NCBI GenBank assembly: GCA_963693365.1
Contig: CAVNZM010000037.1
Coordinates: forward strand, 1 to 43,351
DNA from: Amoebidium appalachense
Lineage: Eukaryota; Protista; Ichthyosporea
Length of the DNA: 43,351 bases
Direction: 5' to 3'
Position 1 is the first letter of the stretch; each line of letters opens with the position of its first letter. Positions 1 to 9,120 of this stretch are shown here, in pieces. The position numbers and the translations under genes are program-made. The notes below the pieces were generated by a model, which had not been told where the DNA came from, did no database searches, and saw only the letters and a program-made list of their open reading frames with translations.

Positions 1-902
1 GGGCCGTTCTCTGTCCGTCTTGGATGTTGCATTGCTACTAACCTGCTCTGGTTGTCAGGTAGGTCTAAGAAAGTGATGGTGTAATCTACTAGACGGCCCC
101 ATTCATATGGCCTCCACTCCCACCGAATGAAACGTGGAATAGCTGTACCATTGATGAATATGTCCTGTATTAGAGGTTTTGTAGGAATGAGTACCTCTGG
201 GCTCAGAGTTGAATTCTTATAACCAATCGACATTCTGTCGTAAACCTGTTCTATTGATCCATAGGCCATTTCAATTTCCAGATTGATACATTTCACCATT
301 GTCTTCAAAAGCTCGTCGACCGTGTAGCGACCTTCGGGGATATCCACGCTGATATTGATATCTCGACTCGCCGGCGGCTCAGCTGGTGACCTAGTAATGA
401 AAGGTGCGTCTCGCACCAGACAGTTAACACCGTTGTTTTCTGCCGTGACAATAAATCCCTCCTCTGCCCCCCCATGCACAGTCACAGACTCCACCCGCAC
501 CCCTCGCACCCCGTGCACGCGCTGCGCGAGCTTTGTGGTCACCTTTGAATCGGGTTCGCTCATCGAATTGCTCACGAGCACATATTCATCCTCCACCCTA
601 CCGCCTGCCTCCCGGGTGTATCCACCCATCCCTCCGCGCACGTTTCCCCCATCCGCCTCCCGCCCCCCCGACGCAGGGAGCGCCACGGAATTTTCCTGTG
701 CGGGTAGTGGCTGCGTCTGCGCCTGCAGAACCGCACCCCCCACGCCCTGCTTGTTTGACTCCCTCTGCAGTTTTGCCTGGTCCCCGCCCTCGACCAGTGC
801 CTTCATCTCGGCGTAGATCTTGGCCCGGGACCCCGAGTACAGGGGCATGGCGGGCGTGCGCGACGCACGCCGCCCGCTGCTGTCTGAACCCCGCGTGGCC
901 AT
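1..902 (-). CDS. Penton/minor-capsid-like protein, 3' end runs off the window (not in the ORF track)
   Basis: Manual translation from ATG 902 stays open to base 1: MATRGSDSSG...RVHGVRGVRVESVTVH...VTAENNGV...ISVDIPEGRYTVDELLKTM. The I-P-x-G-x-Y-T-x-x-E-L motif is shared with 14501-15860 and resembles NCLDV/polinton minor capsid proteins. Confidence 0.5.
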   Translation of the reverse strand, partial: MATRGSDSSGRRASRTPAMPLYSGSRAKIYAEMKALVEGGDQAKLQRESNKQGVGGAVLQAQTQPLPAQENSVALPASGGREADGGNVRGGMGGYTREAGGRVEDEYVLVSNSMSEPDSKVTTKLAQRVHGVRGVRVESVTVHGGAEEGFIVTAENNGVNCLVRDAPFITRSPAEPPASRDINISVDIPEGRYTVDELLKTMVKCINLEIEMAYGSIEQVYDRMSIGYKNSTLSPEVLIPTKPLIQDIFINGTAIPRFIRWEWRPYEWGRLVDYTITFLDLPDNQSRLVAMQHPRRTENG

Positions 903-928
903 TAAATACGTTCCACCATTTTATTGGA

Positions 929-2371
929 TCAACCTGCGCCCAGCAGCAGCAGCACGAGCGCCACCGCGATCACCAGGCCCCAGTACGCCGCGGCGTTCGC
1001 GTGCGCCCAGGCGCTTGCCGACCCCAGTGGTGTTGGGGCAGGCTGTGTCGGCACAGGCGGCGCAGGCGGGTTCTGCGAGTCCTTTCCAGCCTCCCCAGGC
1101 ACACCGGGTACGGCCGGAGCCCCGGGCTCTGAGGGCTTGTTGTCGGGGTTGGTGTTGGTGGTGGTGGCACCCGACTCCTCCTTGCCGATCTGCATGAGGC
1201 ACTGCTGTACCTGCGTGGCCTGGATCTTGGCGTCAGTGTTCTCCGTGACCTCCATGGCCTGGTTGCAGATCTGCACGTTGAGCGCCGTGCACTCCTCGTT
1301 CTCCATGTCGCGCGTCTTGTAGCCCTGCACCTTGCACACGGCGTGGTGGCACTGCACGCTCCAGCCGAACTTCTTCTTGAGTGTGGCGTGGTCCATTCCC
1401 GCCGGCAGCGGCGCAAAGCACCCGCACGTGGGATCATTGACCCCGGCCTCGGTCTTGCAAAAGAACTCGGCATATGCATTCACAGCGCTGTCCTGTGTTG
1501 CCGGGAAAAGGTAGTTCTTGTCCATGCGAGCCTGGTCGTGCAGCGGAACCACCGAATCGTCCCGCCCGCGCGAAAACTCGAGGAGGTCGCGCAGCCGCAG
1601 CGGCCTAGCGGTGTCCCAGTTCTGCTCTCGCTTGTAGTCAAACTTGTACAGCAGGTAGCGGTCGTGCATGCGCAGGAGGCTCACGGGCCGCATGGTGTGG
1701 TCGTTTCCCTTGGCCAGCTCGCCGCGGTACTGGACTCGCAGCTTGGACTGCTGCAGGGACACAAGGTGGCGGTGCGGGGCGCGCAGCCAGTAGTCCGGGT
1801 TCCAGTACTTCTGGTAGTCGTCCCACTTCCAGTCCTGGTTCTTCCTTGAGGCCGAAGGGGCGCACATCTTGTCGCCGGGGTTGTACGTGGGGAAGGCCGG
1901 TTGGTCGCTGAGCGCCACGTAGTCGGCCGGGCACGTGAGCACCTTGAGCCGGGTGGCGTTCTGGCGGGTGCTGGCCGGGCACCCAACGGCCTGTGCGTCC
2001 TCCTGGATGTCTGCCAGGCTGGGGGTGTAGCAGAATCGCGGGTCGTCGTAGATCAGACACACCAGGTCCGAGTCGACGGGGTTGTACTCGGGGTCGCCGT
2101 GGTTTCGCCTGCAGCCGGCGGGGTCCTCTGCGGTCGCACACGAGGCCCACGACACAAAAGAGACGGCCTTGTATTTCGGGAACGCAGGGTGTGGCAGGGG
2201 GAACTGGAGCTTGAGCGAGGGCATGCGCCCACCGTGGTGCGCCCACTCGTTGCCGAACTGCCAGTCCCACAGTTGCTTTCGGTACTCGTCCCAGCGCACG
2301 AACTTCCACGGGTAGTCCGGGTTCTCCTTGAGACGCTCGATGTCGTCCTTTCCCCAGGTGATGTTGGCCAT
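929..2371 (-). CDS. Membrane protein with a poxvirus G9/A16/J5-like (entry-fusion complex) Cys-rich domain
   Basis: Motif FCKTEAGVNDPTCGCF...QCHHAVCKVQGY...ECTALNVQICNQ...QQC, then a Pro-rich stalk and a C-terminal TM helix. The ATG overlaps the aquaporin stop (TGATG). Confidence 0.65.
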   Translation of the reverse strand: MANITWGKDDIERLKENPDYPWKFVRWDEYRKQLWDWQFGNEWAHHGGRMPSLKLQFPLPHPAFPKYKAVSFVSWASCATAEDPAGCRRNHGDPEYNPVDSDLVCLIYDDPRFCYTPSLADIQEDAQAVGCPASTRQNATRLKVLTCPADYVALSDQPAFPTYNPGDKMCAPSASRKNQDWKWDDYQKYWNPDYWLRAPHRHLVSLQQSKLRVQYRGELAKGNDHTMRPVSLLRMHDRYLLYKFDYKREQNWDTARPLRLRDLLEFSRGRDDSVVPLHDQARMDKNYLFPATQDSAVNAYAEFFCKTEAGVNDPTCGCFAPLPAGMDHATLKKKFGWSVQCHHAVCKVQGYKTRDMENEECTALNVQICNQAMEVTENTDAKIQATQVQQCLMQIGKEESGATTTNTNPDNKPSEPGAPAVPGVPGEAGKDSQNPPAPPVPTQPAPTPLGSASAWAHANAAAYWGLVIAVALVLLLLGAG

Positions 2372-3138
2372 CAGTTACCATCCTCCCCATTAATTTGTGC
2401 ACGCCGGGCCTGCAGCCAAAGCAGCGCGCGGGCGGCCAGGGCACCAGCCACGCCGCCCAGCAGGGGCCCCAGGAAGAAGATCCACAGGTGCTTGAGGTCG
2501 TGGCTGTCGCCAAACGTGGCCGCCGCAAGGCTGCGTGCGGGGTTGATGGAGCAGCCGGTGACAGTGACCAACAGCATGTGCATGAGAAACACCACAGACC
2601 CGATGGCCAGAGGGGAAATGACGGGCGCGATGTTCGCAAGCTTGGGATGCTTGCATGCGAGCGACACCGTAAACACCAAGAACGCCGTGGCGAGCAACTC
2701 CATGGCCAGGGCCTCGGCCTGGGTGGTCCCGCCGACAAGCCCGTTTGTTCCGAACGAGCCGTGGAGGGCGGGAGGCATGCCGGCCCGCAGCAACGCCGTG
2801 CCCACGATACCTCCGGTAAACTGGGCGGTGAAGTAGAGCGGGAGAAGCACGGGGTCCAGCCAACCGGCGGCAACCATGCCCAGAGTCACCGCCGGGTTGA
2901 CGTGGGCACCCGACACGGGGCCCAGCACGGCCACCAGCCCCCCAACAACACCCCCGAACCCGGCGGCCACAGCAAGGACGTCAGCGGCCGATGATGCACC
3001 GTGTGAGGTTTCACCCGTGGCCATGGCGATGCCGATGGCGGTGAAGGTGAGCAGGGCGGTGCCGCAGAACTCGGCGATGAAGGTGGGTGCGTTGTGCAGG
3101 AGGAAGGACTTCACGCTCTGCATGGTTGAGTGTGGCAC
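2371..3138 (-). CDS. Aquaporin / MIP channel
   Basis: AEFCGT, SGAHVNPAVTLG, MELLAT, GCSINPARSLA and WIFFLGPLLGG motifs; both NPA boxes intact; intronless. The start may be ATG 3123. Confidence 0.95.
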   Translation of the reverse strand: MPHSTMQSVKSFLLHNAPTFIAEFCGTALLTFTAIGIAMATGETSHGASSAADVLAVAAGFGGVVGGLVAVLGPVSGAHVNPAVTLGMVAAGWLDPVLLPLYFTAQFTGGIVGTALLRAGMPPALHGSFGTNGLVGGTTQAEALAMELLATAFLVFTVSLACKHPKLANIAPVISPLAIGSVVFLMHMLLVTVTGCSINPARSLAAATFGDSHDLKHLWIFFLGPLLGGVAGALAARALLWLQARRAQINGEDGN

Positions 3139-3158
3139 ACATTTTGTGGGGTGTCGGT

Positions 3159-3989
3159 TTATTTGGACTTTTTGAGGATCTCGCGGGGGCGCTCTACCAG
3201 CATGCCAAGGGAAGTGTGTGGGGGGACCAGGTGGATGATCTCGGTGGCGCTCTCCGTGGTGTTGTACGGCTCGCTTAGGAGCACCACGGAGTCGTACCCA
3301 CGGGCCCGGGCCTCATTGATGAGGTCGAAGTCGTAGAAGTCAAAGTAGCCCGTTCCAACAATGGAGCTGTAGTGTGCGCCGCTGCGCATGAGCTCGACGA
3401 GTCTGTCCACCTCAGCCACGTAGTGCTTCTTGTTCTGCGTTTTGGAGAGCACCTGAGACACGAAGTACTGGTCGCCCGGATGGAAGGACTCTTTGGTCAG
3501 TCGGTTGTGGAAGTTCCAGTTCAGCTGCACCAGCGCGTCCAGCTTGGTTTTGGCCACCAGGGGGTTGGCCAGGTTCAGGTACAGGGCGGTGGTGTCTGGG
3601 GCGGCATAGTAAAAGGTATAGGTGGGGCCATTTGGTGCCTTGCGTACGTCACTGGCCCGTCCGAACCGCATGACCTCCACATACCCCCTGCTAAACGACT
3701 CCAGTTTTGGAAACGGCCGCATGGTGCACGTCGTCGAGGGCTCACGGTACAGCTTGTCCCGCCTACAGAATTTTGGCGGGTTTTTAAGAAGGAAGTAAGC
3801 GTTGCGCCTGCGCAGGTCGAATGGGCAGCTGTCGGTCTTGTGCACGGCCTTCATGTAGTGTGGGTTGCAGCGGCTGGCCTTGAGCTTGTCGTAGCTGAAG
3901 ACGCGCTTGCGGGCGCTGCTGTTGAACAGGTGCTTGTACTCGGTGATGGGCCGTAGTGGCCTGCGCTCACGCGTGCTGGGTGCGTCCAT
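3159..3989 (-). CDS. Hypothetical basic protein
   Basis: Long ORF; likely start at ATG 3989 (MDAPSTRERR). No family recognised. Confidence 0.6.
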   Translation of the reverse strand: MDAPSTRERRPLRPITEYKHLFNSSARKRVFSYDKLKASRCNPHYMKAVHKTDSCPFDLRRRNAYFLLKNPPKFCRRDKLYREPSTTCTMRPFPKLESFSRGYVEVMRFGRASDVRKAPNGPTYTFYYAAPDTTALYLNLANPLVAKTKLDALVQLNWNFHNRLTKESFHPGDQYFVSQVLSKTQNKKHYVAEVDRLVELMRSGAHYSSIVGTGYFDFYDFDLINEARARGYDSVVLLSEPYNTTESATEIIHLVPPHTSLGMLVERPREILKKSK

Positions 3990-3996
3990 CGTGTTG

Positions 3997-4206
3997 TCAG
4001 TTGGCCTTCTTTTTTTGCTCGGGGGCCACCGCAGCCGCCTTGGCACTGCGCGACCGGAAAATCTCCTCGTACATCTTCTCCATGGACGGCCGCGGGGTCT
4101 GCTCGGTCACCTCCCTGCCGTTGAGCTGCAGGTACGTGATCAGTTGGGCAGTGGAAAGGTGGTCGGCCAGACCCACGTGTGGGGATGTGCGGGCGTGCTT
4201 GCGCAT
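3997..4206 (-). CDS. Small protein, possible HeH/LEM-like helical domain
   Basis: LSTAQLITYLQLNGREVTEQTPRPSMEKMYEE has a helix-extension-helix pattern; fits the gene tiling. Confidence 0.35.
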   Translation of the reverse strand: MRKHARTSPHVGLADHLSTAQLITYLQLNGREVTEQTPRPSMEKMYEEIFRSRSAKAAAVAPEQKKKAN

Positions 4207-4236
4207 GTTCTACAGGAGGGGGAACAATTTACAACT

Positions 4237-4620
4237 TTACTCAAGCACCCGCCCGGGGTTCAGCAGCACCAGGGCCTCCTTGGGCCCGCCCTGGGCCTTG
4301 CTGCCCCGCACGTACCAGCCGTCCACGCCGAACGCCTGGCACAGCGTGCGTGCGCGGCGCTGCTGCACGGCCGTCAGCTTCGTGCGCTGCGAGAGCGCCA
4401 GCAGGAGCTGCTTCTCGGGGCTGGGCTGCCCGAGGTCGGGGAGGAGCAGCGTGATGTCGGTCTTGACGGTGTACTGGACGGCATGGACGCCCCTCTTCGC
4501 GAGGTGCGTGCCGTTGCTGAGGATGCGTGCGCCCTTACGGATCGCGAGGGTGACGTTGCCGTTGAAGTGGCGGGAGTTGCACATCTTGCGGTCGAGACAC
4601 AACCCGTTCGGTGCGGGCAT
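4237..4620 (-). CDS. Hypothetical protein
   Basis: 127-aa ATG ORF that tiles between its neighbours. Confidence 0.5.
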   Translation of the reverse strand: MPAPNGLCLDRKMCNSRHFNGNVTLAIRKGARILSNGTHLAKRGVHAVQYTVKTDITLLLPDLGQPSPEKQLLLALSQRTKLTAVQQRRARTLCQAFGVDGWYVRGSKAQGGPKEALVLLNPGRVLE

Positions 4621-4750
4621 TTACGAGGGGCTTGCATTATGTGAGGTGCTTTCGGCTTGGCACGCTGCGGCTGTTGGTTTTTGCACTTCAAGGGCTTCCT
4701 GGCGAAGGTATAAAAGGCCAACACACTCCCACAGGAGCTCAGTCTGCAAC

Positions 4751-5911
4751 ATGGCACTCCCTCCACCTTCATCTACTCTGACCTCTACCCTGGGGCCCAA
4801 GGCTGCACTGCTCGGCGAGTTCGCCAAGTTCTGGGACCTGGACGGCGACATCGACGAGCTGGCCATCAACGAGGAGCTGAGCGGGGCCCGTGTGCAGGCG
4901 CTGCTGTTCAACTACAAGAACGAGAAAGCCGGGAAAGTAGCTATCATCGAGCATCTGAAGACCCACGATCATGTCATTGAAGGTATTGACTTCAAGATCG
5001 ACGCCTTGAGGTGGGTTGCTTTCGACTGGTGAAACCTTTTCATGATAAAACGCCTTATGTGTTCTTTAAATTTTAATGATTGGCTGAAATGTTTTTTGAC
5101 ACCCACGGGTGTAGAAATTCCGGTGATTCGATTGGGCGTTAGCTTTTTAACGTCGAATGTCTATCTCCATTTCAGGGCACAGGGGCGTGGTCGACCCGTG
5201 ACGGAGATTTTCATGAACCCCAAGACCTTCAAGTTGCTCGTCATGACCGTCCAGACTGCCATCGGACACGAAGTGCGCTACTACTACTGGCGGGTCGAAC
5301 AGGCCTTCAAGGTACTGCACCGCCAGAACCGTGCTCAGGTCGAGGCCGCTCTGGCCGAGGCAACCGCGCGTGCCCTTGAGCACGAGACCCACATCATGCA
5401 GCTGTCCAACAACCTGGAGAAGATGGAGCAGTGGTACACGCAGACGGCAGAGCTTCTGGACTCCGCCAACGAGCGCCTGGCAATGCACGAGTGCGACGAT
5501 GACCACCCCCAGCGCATCGTGTCCCTTCCCCCTGGAACAATCCCTGCGGCTCGCTGCATGGAGACCGACTACGGGAGAGAGCTGGCCCGCAAGGTGTTCC
5601 ATGACGCAGCCATAGTGCTGTGGCGCAGCCACGAGGAGTTCGAGCACCGGTTTGACCCGAGCTACTGGAACACGTTCATCAAGTGGCACATGAATGTGGA
5701 CATCGATCAGGGCATGTACCGCTCGCACATCAACGTGTACACCGCCATGTGTAAGGCCGCAAACGTCCTGCATGGGGTGCCCAAGATTACCCACCTGACC
5801 TACACCCAGCTCTATGATGTGCTGCGCCGCCTGGTGCAGATGCACTGCGACCTGGTGCAGAAGACCGAACTCGAGTTGGTATTCGGTGACCAGATCTACA
5901 TCCCTCTTTAG
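4751..5911 (+). CDS. MSV199/AntA-like DNA-binding protein with coiled coil; two exons (4751-5010, 5176-5911)
   Basis: Removing AG|GTGGGT (5011) to TTTCAG| (5175) joins IEGIDFKIDALR to AQGRGRPVTEIFMNPKTFKLLVMTVQTAIGHEVRYYYWRVE in frame, restoring the family pattern. GGTATAAAAG at 4707-4716. Confidence 0.7.
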
Positions 5912-6003
5912 AGGGTTCGGGGGGGGGGTCGTGTTAATTTTTAACCATTGGCTTGAACCATTTTTGACACCCGTGGGTGTAGAAATTCCGATGATTTGAT
6001 TGG
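5068..6003 (+). repeat. Two diverged copies of a ~65-bp element (5068-5136, 5936-6003) with a palindromic core
   Basis: ATTGGCT...TTTTTGACACCC(AC/GT)GGGTGTAGAAATTCCG.TGATT.GATTGG occurs in the intron and again just after the stop codon. Confidence 0.85.
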
Positions 6004-6021
6004 TTCGTATTGTCTCACTTC

Positions 6022-6150
6022 TCAAATAAAGTACCCGTTCAGCTCGTTCAGCAGCTGCAGCACCATTGCCGCAAGCAGCACGAACGTGGCGAACAGCCGC
6101 GCGTACTTGAGCTTATAGTCTAAGGTCCATTGGTCGGGCAGGAACCTCAT
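6022..6150 (-). CDS. 42-aa single-TM small protein (not in the ORF track)
   Basis: Manual translation: MRFLPDQWTLDYKLKYARLFATFVLLAAMVLQLLNELNGYFI. Confidence 0.4.
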   Translation of the reverse strand: MRFLPDQWTLDYKLKYARLFATFVLLAAMVLQLLNELNGYFI

Positions 6151-6199
6151 GTTGCTTCAGCCCCCTATTTTATTGCCTGGGTTGCCCCATCCCCATCAC

Positions 6200-7306
6200 C
6201 TACCCCTCCTTCGTCTCCTTGCCCTGGTTCATCATCTCCGCCAGCCTTCGCTTGCGCGCCTGCATGCGCGTGCGCGTCTCCTGGTCCACGTAGTCGTCGT
6301 CGTCCGAGGTCTCGACGTCCTCGCCGGCCGCCCGGCGTGACTCGCGGTCGGTGACGTAGGCGCCGTAGAGGTCCGTGATGACCCGTGCGTCCTTGTTGAT
6401 GGGATGCGGGAACCCGGCCACCAGCTCCGGCAGCCGCGGCGTGCACTTCTGCACGCGCACGCGCACGTACTGCACGCGGAGCATCTCGTAGCGCGCGAGC
6501 AGCGTCTCGTGGTCGTCCTTGAGCTTGTTGAACTGGATCTCCTTCTGCTGCAGCGCGGCCACGCGGGCGTTGAGGTGGCGGATGTGCTCGACGTAGCGCT
6601 CGCACTCGGGGTTGCTGCGCTTCATCTTCTCCAGTTGGTCCTTGAGCAGCTCGTTCTCGCGCTTGGCCGCGTGCAGCTGGCCCTTGTCCTCCACCGTCTC
6701 CTTGAGCGACTTGTAGTTGGCCCGCAGCTCCACCAGCTCGCGGTTGTTGGTCTCGGCGTTCTGGATGGACTCGCGTGCCTCGCGCAGGTCCAGCATGATC
6801 GCACGGGCGGTGGACTCGTCCACGCCCTTGCGCTGCAGCGTGCTCTGGTCGCCGATGCCCTGCAGGATGTGCACCAACACGTTGGCCATCTCGCGTGTGA
6901 GCGCGCCGTTGCTGCGGTTGGTCCCGTTCAGCTGCTCGCGGAACCGGGACATGTCAATGGGCAACTTCCACACGACCTCCTTCGAGTCCTTGTTTATATT
7001 CCCGTCCTTGTCCAAAGTGGGCATGTCCGAAAACACCAGCTCCACAGCCATTGTAGCAGTGGAGTTGTCACTGGCAAATGATTGCAGGGCAGTTTCGATG
7101 GCCGGCGGGAGTTTGTTGTAGATGTCGCCTATCACTTTCTGGTGGCTCGAGATGACGGCGTTGTTTTGGTTCAACAGCTTGGCGATCATATCGGTTACAC
7201 TCTTGATGTCCTGTGTTTGCACGATGCCACTCGGCCCTCCACCCCCAAACTTCAATTTCGTGAGGATCTCTATAGCCCTGTTAAGATCATCCTGGCTCAT
7301 GCTCAT
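6200..7306 (-). CDS. Coiled-coil hypothetical protein
   Basis: Long ORF, heptad-rich centre and acidic tail; likely start MSMSQDD at 7306. Confidence 0.7.
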   Translation of the reverse strand: MSMSQDDLNRAIEILTKLKFGGGGPSGIVQTQDIKSVTDMIAKLLNQNNAVISSHQKVIGDIYNKLPPAIETALQSFASDNSTATMAVELVFSDMPTLDKDGNINKDSKEVVWKLPIDMSRFREQLNGTNRSNGALTREMANVLVHILQGIGDQSTLQRKGVDESTARAIMLDLREARESIQNAETNNRELVELRANYKSLKETVEDKGQLHAAKRENELLKDQLEKMKRSNPECERYVEHIRHLNARVAALQQKEIQFNKLKDDHETLLARYEMLRVQYVRVRVQKCTPRLPELVAGFPHPINKDARVITDLYGAYVTDRESRRAAGEDVETSDDDDYVDQETRTRMQARKRRLAEMMNQGKETKEG

Positions 7307-7369
7307 TTGCTCTTGTCCCACATAATGCAGCTTTGGCCACACCCCACCGCATTATTCCCTCGGTCAACA

Positions 7370-7600
7370 ATGTCCGCGCTCGCCAACGTGATGATGTTTG
7401 TCTTCTGGGCGCTCGCCGTCGGCTCCATGGCCGGGTTCATGAGCCTGTACAGCGCCATGACGAAGGAGAAGTGCGTCGAGGCCGCCGTGAAGAACAGGTA
7501 CGAGGCCTCGAACACTGCCGTGATGGTGGCCCTGGTGGTCACCGTGTTTGCGTACCTCATCTACGGCGTGTACGCGTCGGCCTCCTCCGCGCAGGTATAA
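7370..7600 (+). CDS. Small two-TM membrane protein
   Basis: MSALANVMMFVFWALAVG...VMVALVVTVFAYLIYGVY. Confidence 0.6.
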   Translation: MSALANVMMFVFWALAVGSMAGFMSLYSAMTKEKCVEAAVKNRYEASNTAVMVALVVTVFAYLIYGVYASASSAQV

Positions 7601-7637
7601 AGGGAGCTCGTCCGCAATTGTTGCGCCCAGTCTCAGT

Positions 7638-8030
7638 ATGGGTGCCGTCGCCTCGCAGCCCATCGTGTGCGCGCCGGTGCAGACCTTCTTCGTCACCACG
7701 GACGCCGACTGCTCACCCGTCCTCGTCACCAACCGCCTCATGGGCACGCTGACCGTGGACTCGACCCGCGTGACCGTGTGGGCGTCCACGCGCCCGCTCT
7801 ACTTTCTGCCCACCACGGGCCTCAAGGCCATGCCCCCGGACCAGTACCTGCCGGCGGCCGTGCAGCACGGCTGCGACGCACTGCTGGCGAACCGGCTGGT
7901 GCTGGGGGGCGACCCCGAGTCGCTGGGGCTTGTGCGCCTGGCCGACATGACGCCGCGCGAGTTCAAGCAGTACCGGCCGATCTTCGTGTCCGGCACCGTC
8001 ACCACGTCCGTCACCGTGCCGCAGCTCTAG
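7638..8030 (+). CDS. Hypothetical protein with a possible N-myristoylation signal
   Basis: Starts MGAVAS (MGxxxS). Confidence 0.55.
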   Translation: MGAVASQPIVCAPVQTFFVTTDADCSPVLVTNRLMGTLTVDSTRVTVWASTRPLYFLPTTGLKAMPPDQYLPAAVQHGCDALLANRLVLGGDPESLGLVRLADMTPREFKQYRPIFVSGTVTTSVTVPQL

Positions 8031-8685
8031 GCGTCATAGTCTCGCACCACGCCAGGTCCTTGAGGAACAGCCCCATGTTGAAGTACTGCACCAGGCTGTT
8101 GAGGCCCGCCAGGAACGGCCGCCGAAACATCGGGTTGCCGGCCATCCCCGGCACCGGGTGGTTCCAGCGCGACTTGAGCGCCACCTCGAACACCTCGTCC
8201 GCGAGGAACCACTGCATGTTGCGCTTCTCCAGGAAGTCGTACTTGACGCGCAGCGTGCCGTCGCGCACCTCCGTCGACCCCGGCAGAGCCAGCTGGCCTG
8301 CCGACAGCGCCTGGCGCGCAGCCCGGAACCGGTGCGGCAGGTGCGGGTCAAATGGGATCTGCACCATATACGTAATAAAGTAGCGGTTCTGACCGGCCGC
8401 TCCCGCAAACCTGAGCACGTACGCCCGGTCCCGCAGGATGCCCTCGAGCATCGGGCGGGGGATCACAGTGTCCAGTGTCTCCTCGTAGAACTCCATGACC
8501 GTGGTCTCCTCCACGGTCAGGCCCGCCTTGAGCCTCCCGCCAAACACCCCGTACCTCCCGTCACTGTCCTCCTGTCCGAGGAGGAACAGCACGCGGCGGT
8601 CGTGCACGGCGTAGGGCAGCACGCCGGCGCCGATGATGCGACAGTCATCGTCGTGGTAGGGGATGCACATGTCCAGGACTTTCAT
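8011..8685 (-). CDS. Nudix hydrolase (viral decapping-like), degenerate Nudix box
   Basis: GAGVLPY..FLLGQE..FGGRLKAGLTVEETTVMEFYEETL; the box E and R are replaced by L and M. Confidence 0.75.
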   Translation of the reverse strand: MKVLDMCIPYHDDDCRIIGAGVLPYAVHDRRVLFLLGQEDSDGRYGVFGGRLKAGLTVEETTVMEFYEETLDTVIPRPMLEGILRDRAYVLRFAGAAGQNRYFITYMVQIPFDPHLPHRFRAARQALSAGQLALPGSTEVRDGTLRVKYDFLEKRNMQWFLADEVFEVALKSRWNHPVPGMAGNPMFRRPFLAGLNSLVQYFNMGLFLKDLAWCETMTPRAAAR

Positions 8686-8761
8686 CAAGTGGAGGGGAGA
8701 TAATCTGGGGTGGGGTCGGTGCCAAACTCACGGGGGTCAAACGGATTCACCCGCTATTCGA

Positions 8762-8876
8762 TCTGATTGGTCGAAAACGGCCAAGATCGATCGAGCCCGG
8801 GATTTCACACTCTGACCAATCAGAGCGCGCAGAAATTCAAAGCCAGTGCTCCGATGTTTCAGCCAATCAGAGCGCC
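8762..8876. promoter_or_regulatory. CCAATCAGA motif cluster with an inverted repeat
   Basis: TCTGATTGGTC (8762-8772) pairs with GACCAATCAGA (8814-8824); a further CCAATCAGAGCGC lies at about 8863. Confidence 0.45.
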
Positions 8877-9120
8877 CCACATTAGATCACGAGACCCAGC
8901 CAGTCTGTTTCAACTCATTCGCAAATATCTTTATTTATTTTGAGAGTGGCCAGGTGCGCTCCAAATAAAAAAAATGCAATGCAATCCCGTTGGACCAAAC
9001 TTTGTAAGGTATTATGCATCCCGGGCCCCGAATTTTACACACCTGGCCAGCCAGATGATACAAAACACACCCGAACCCGCCATCCCCACAGCAGCCCTGC
9101 CAATTGTTGGGGATGACAGG

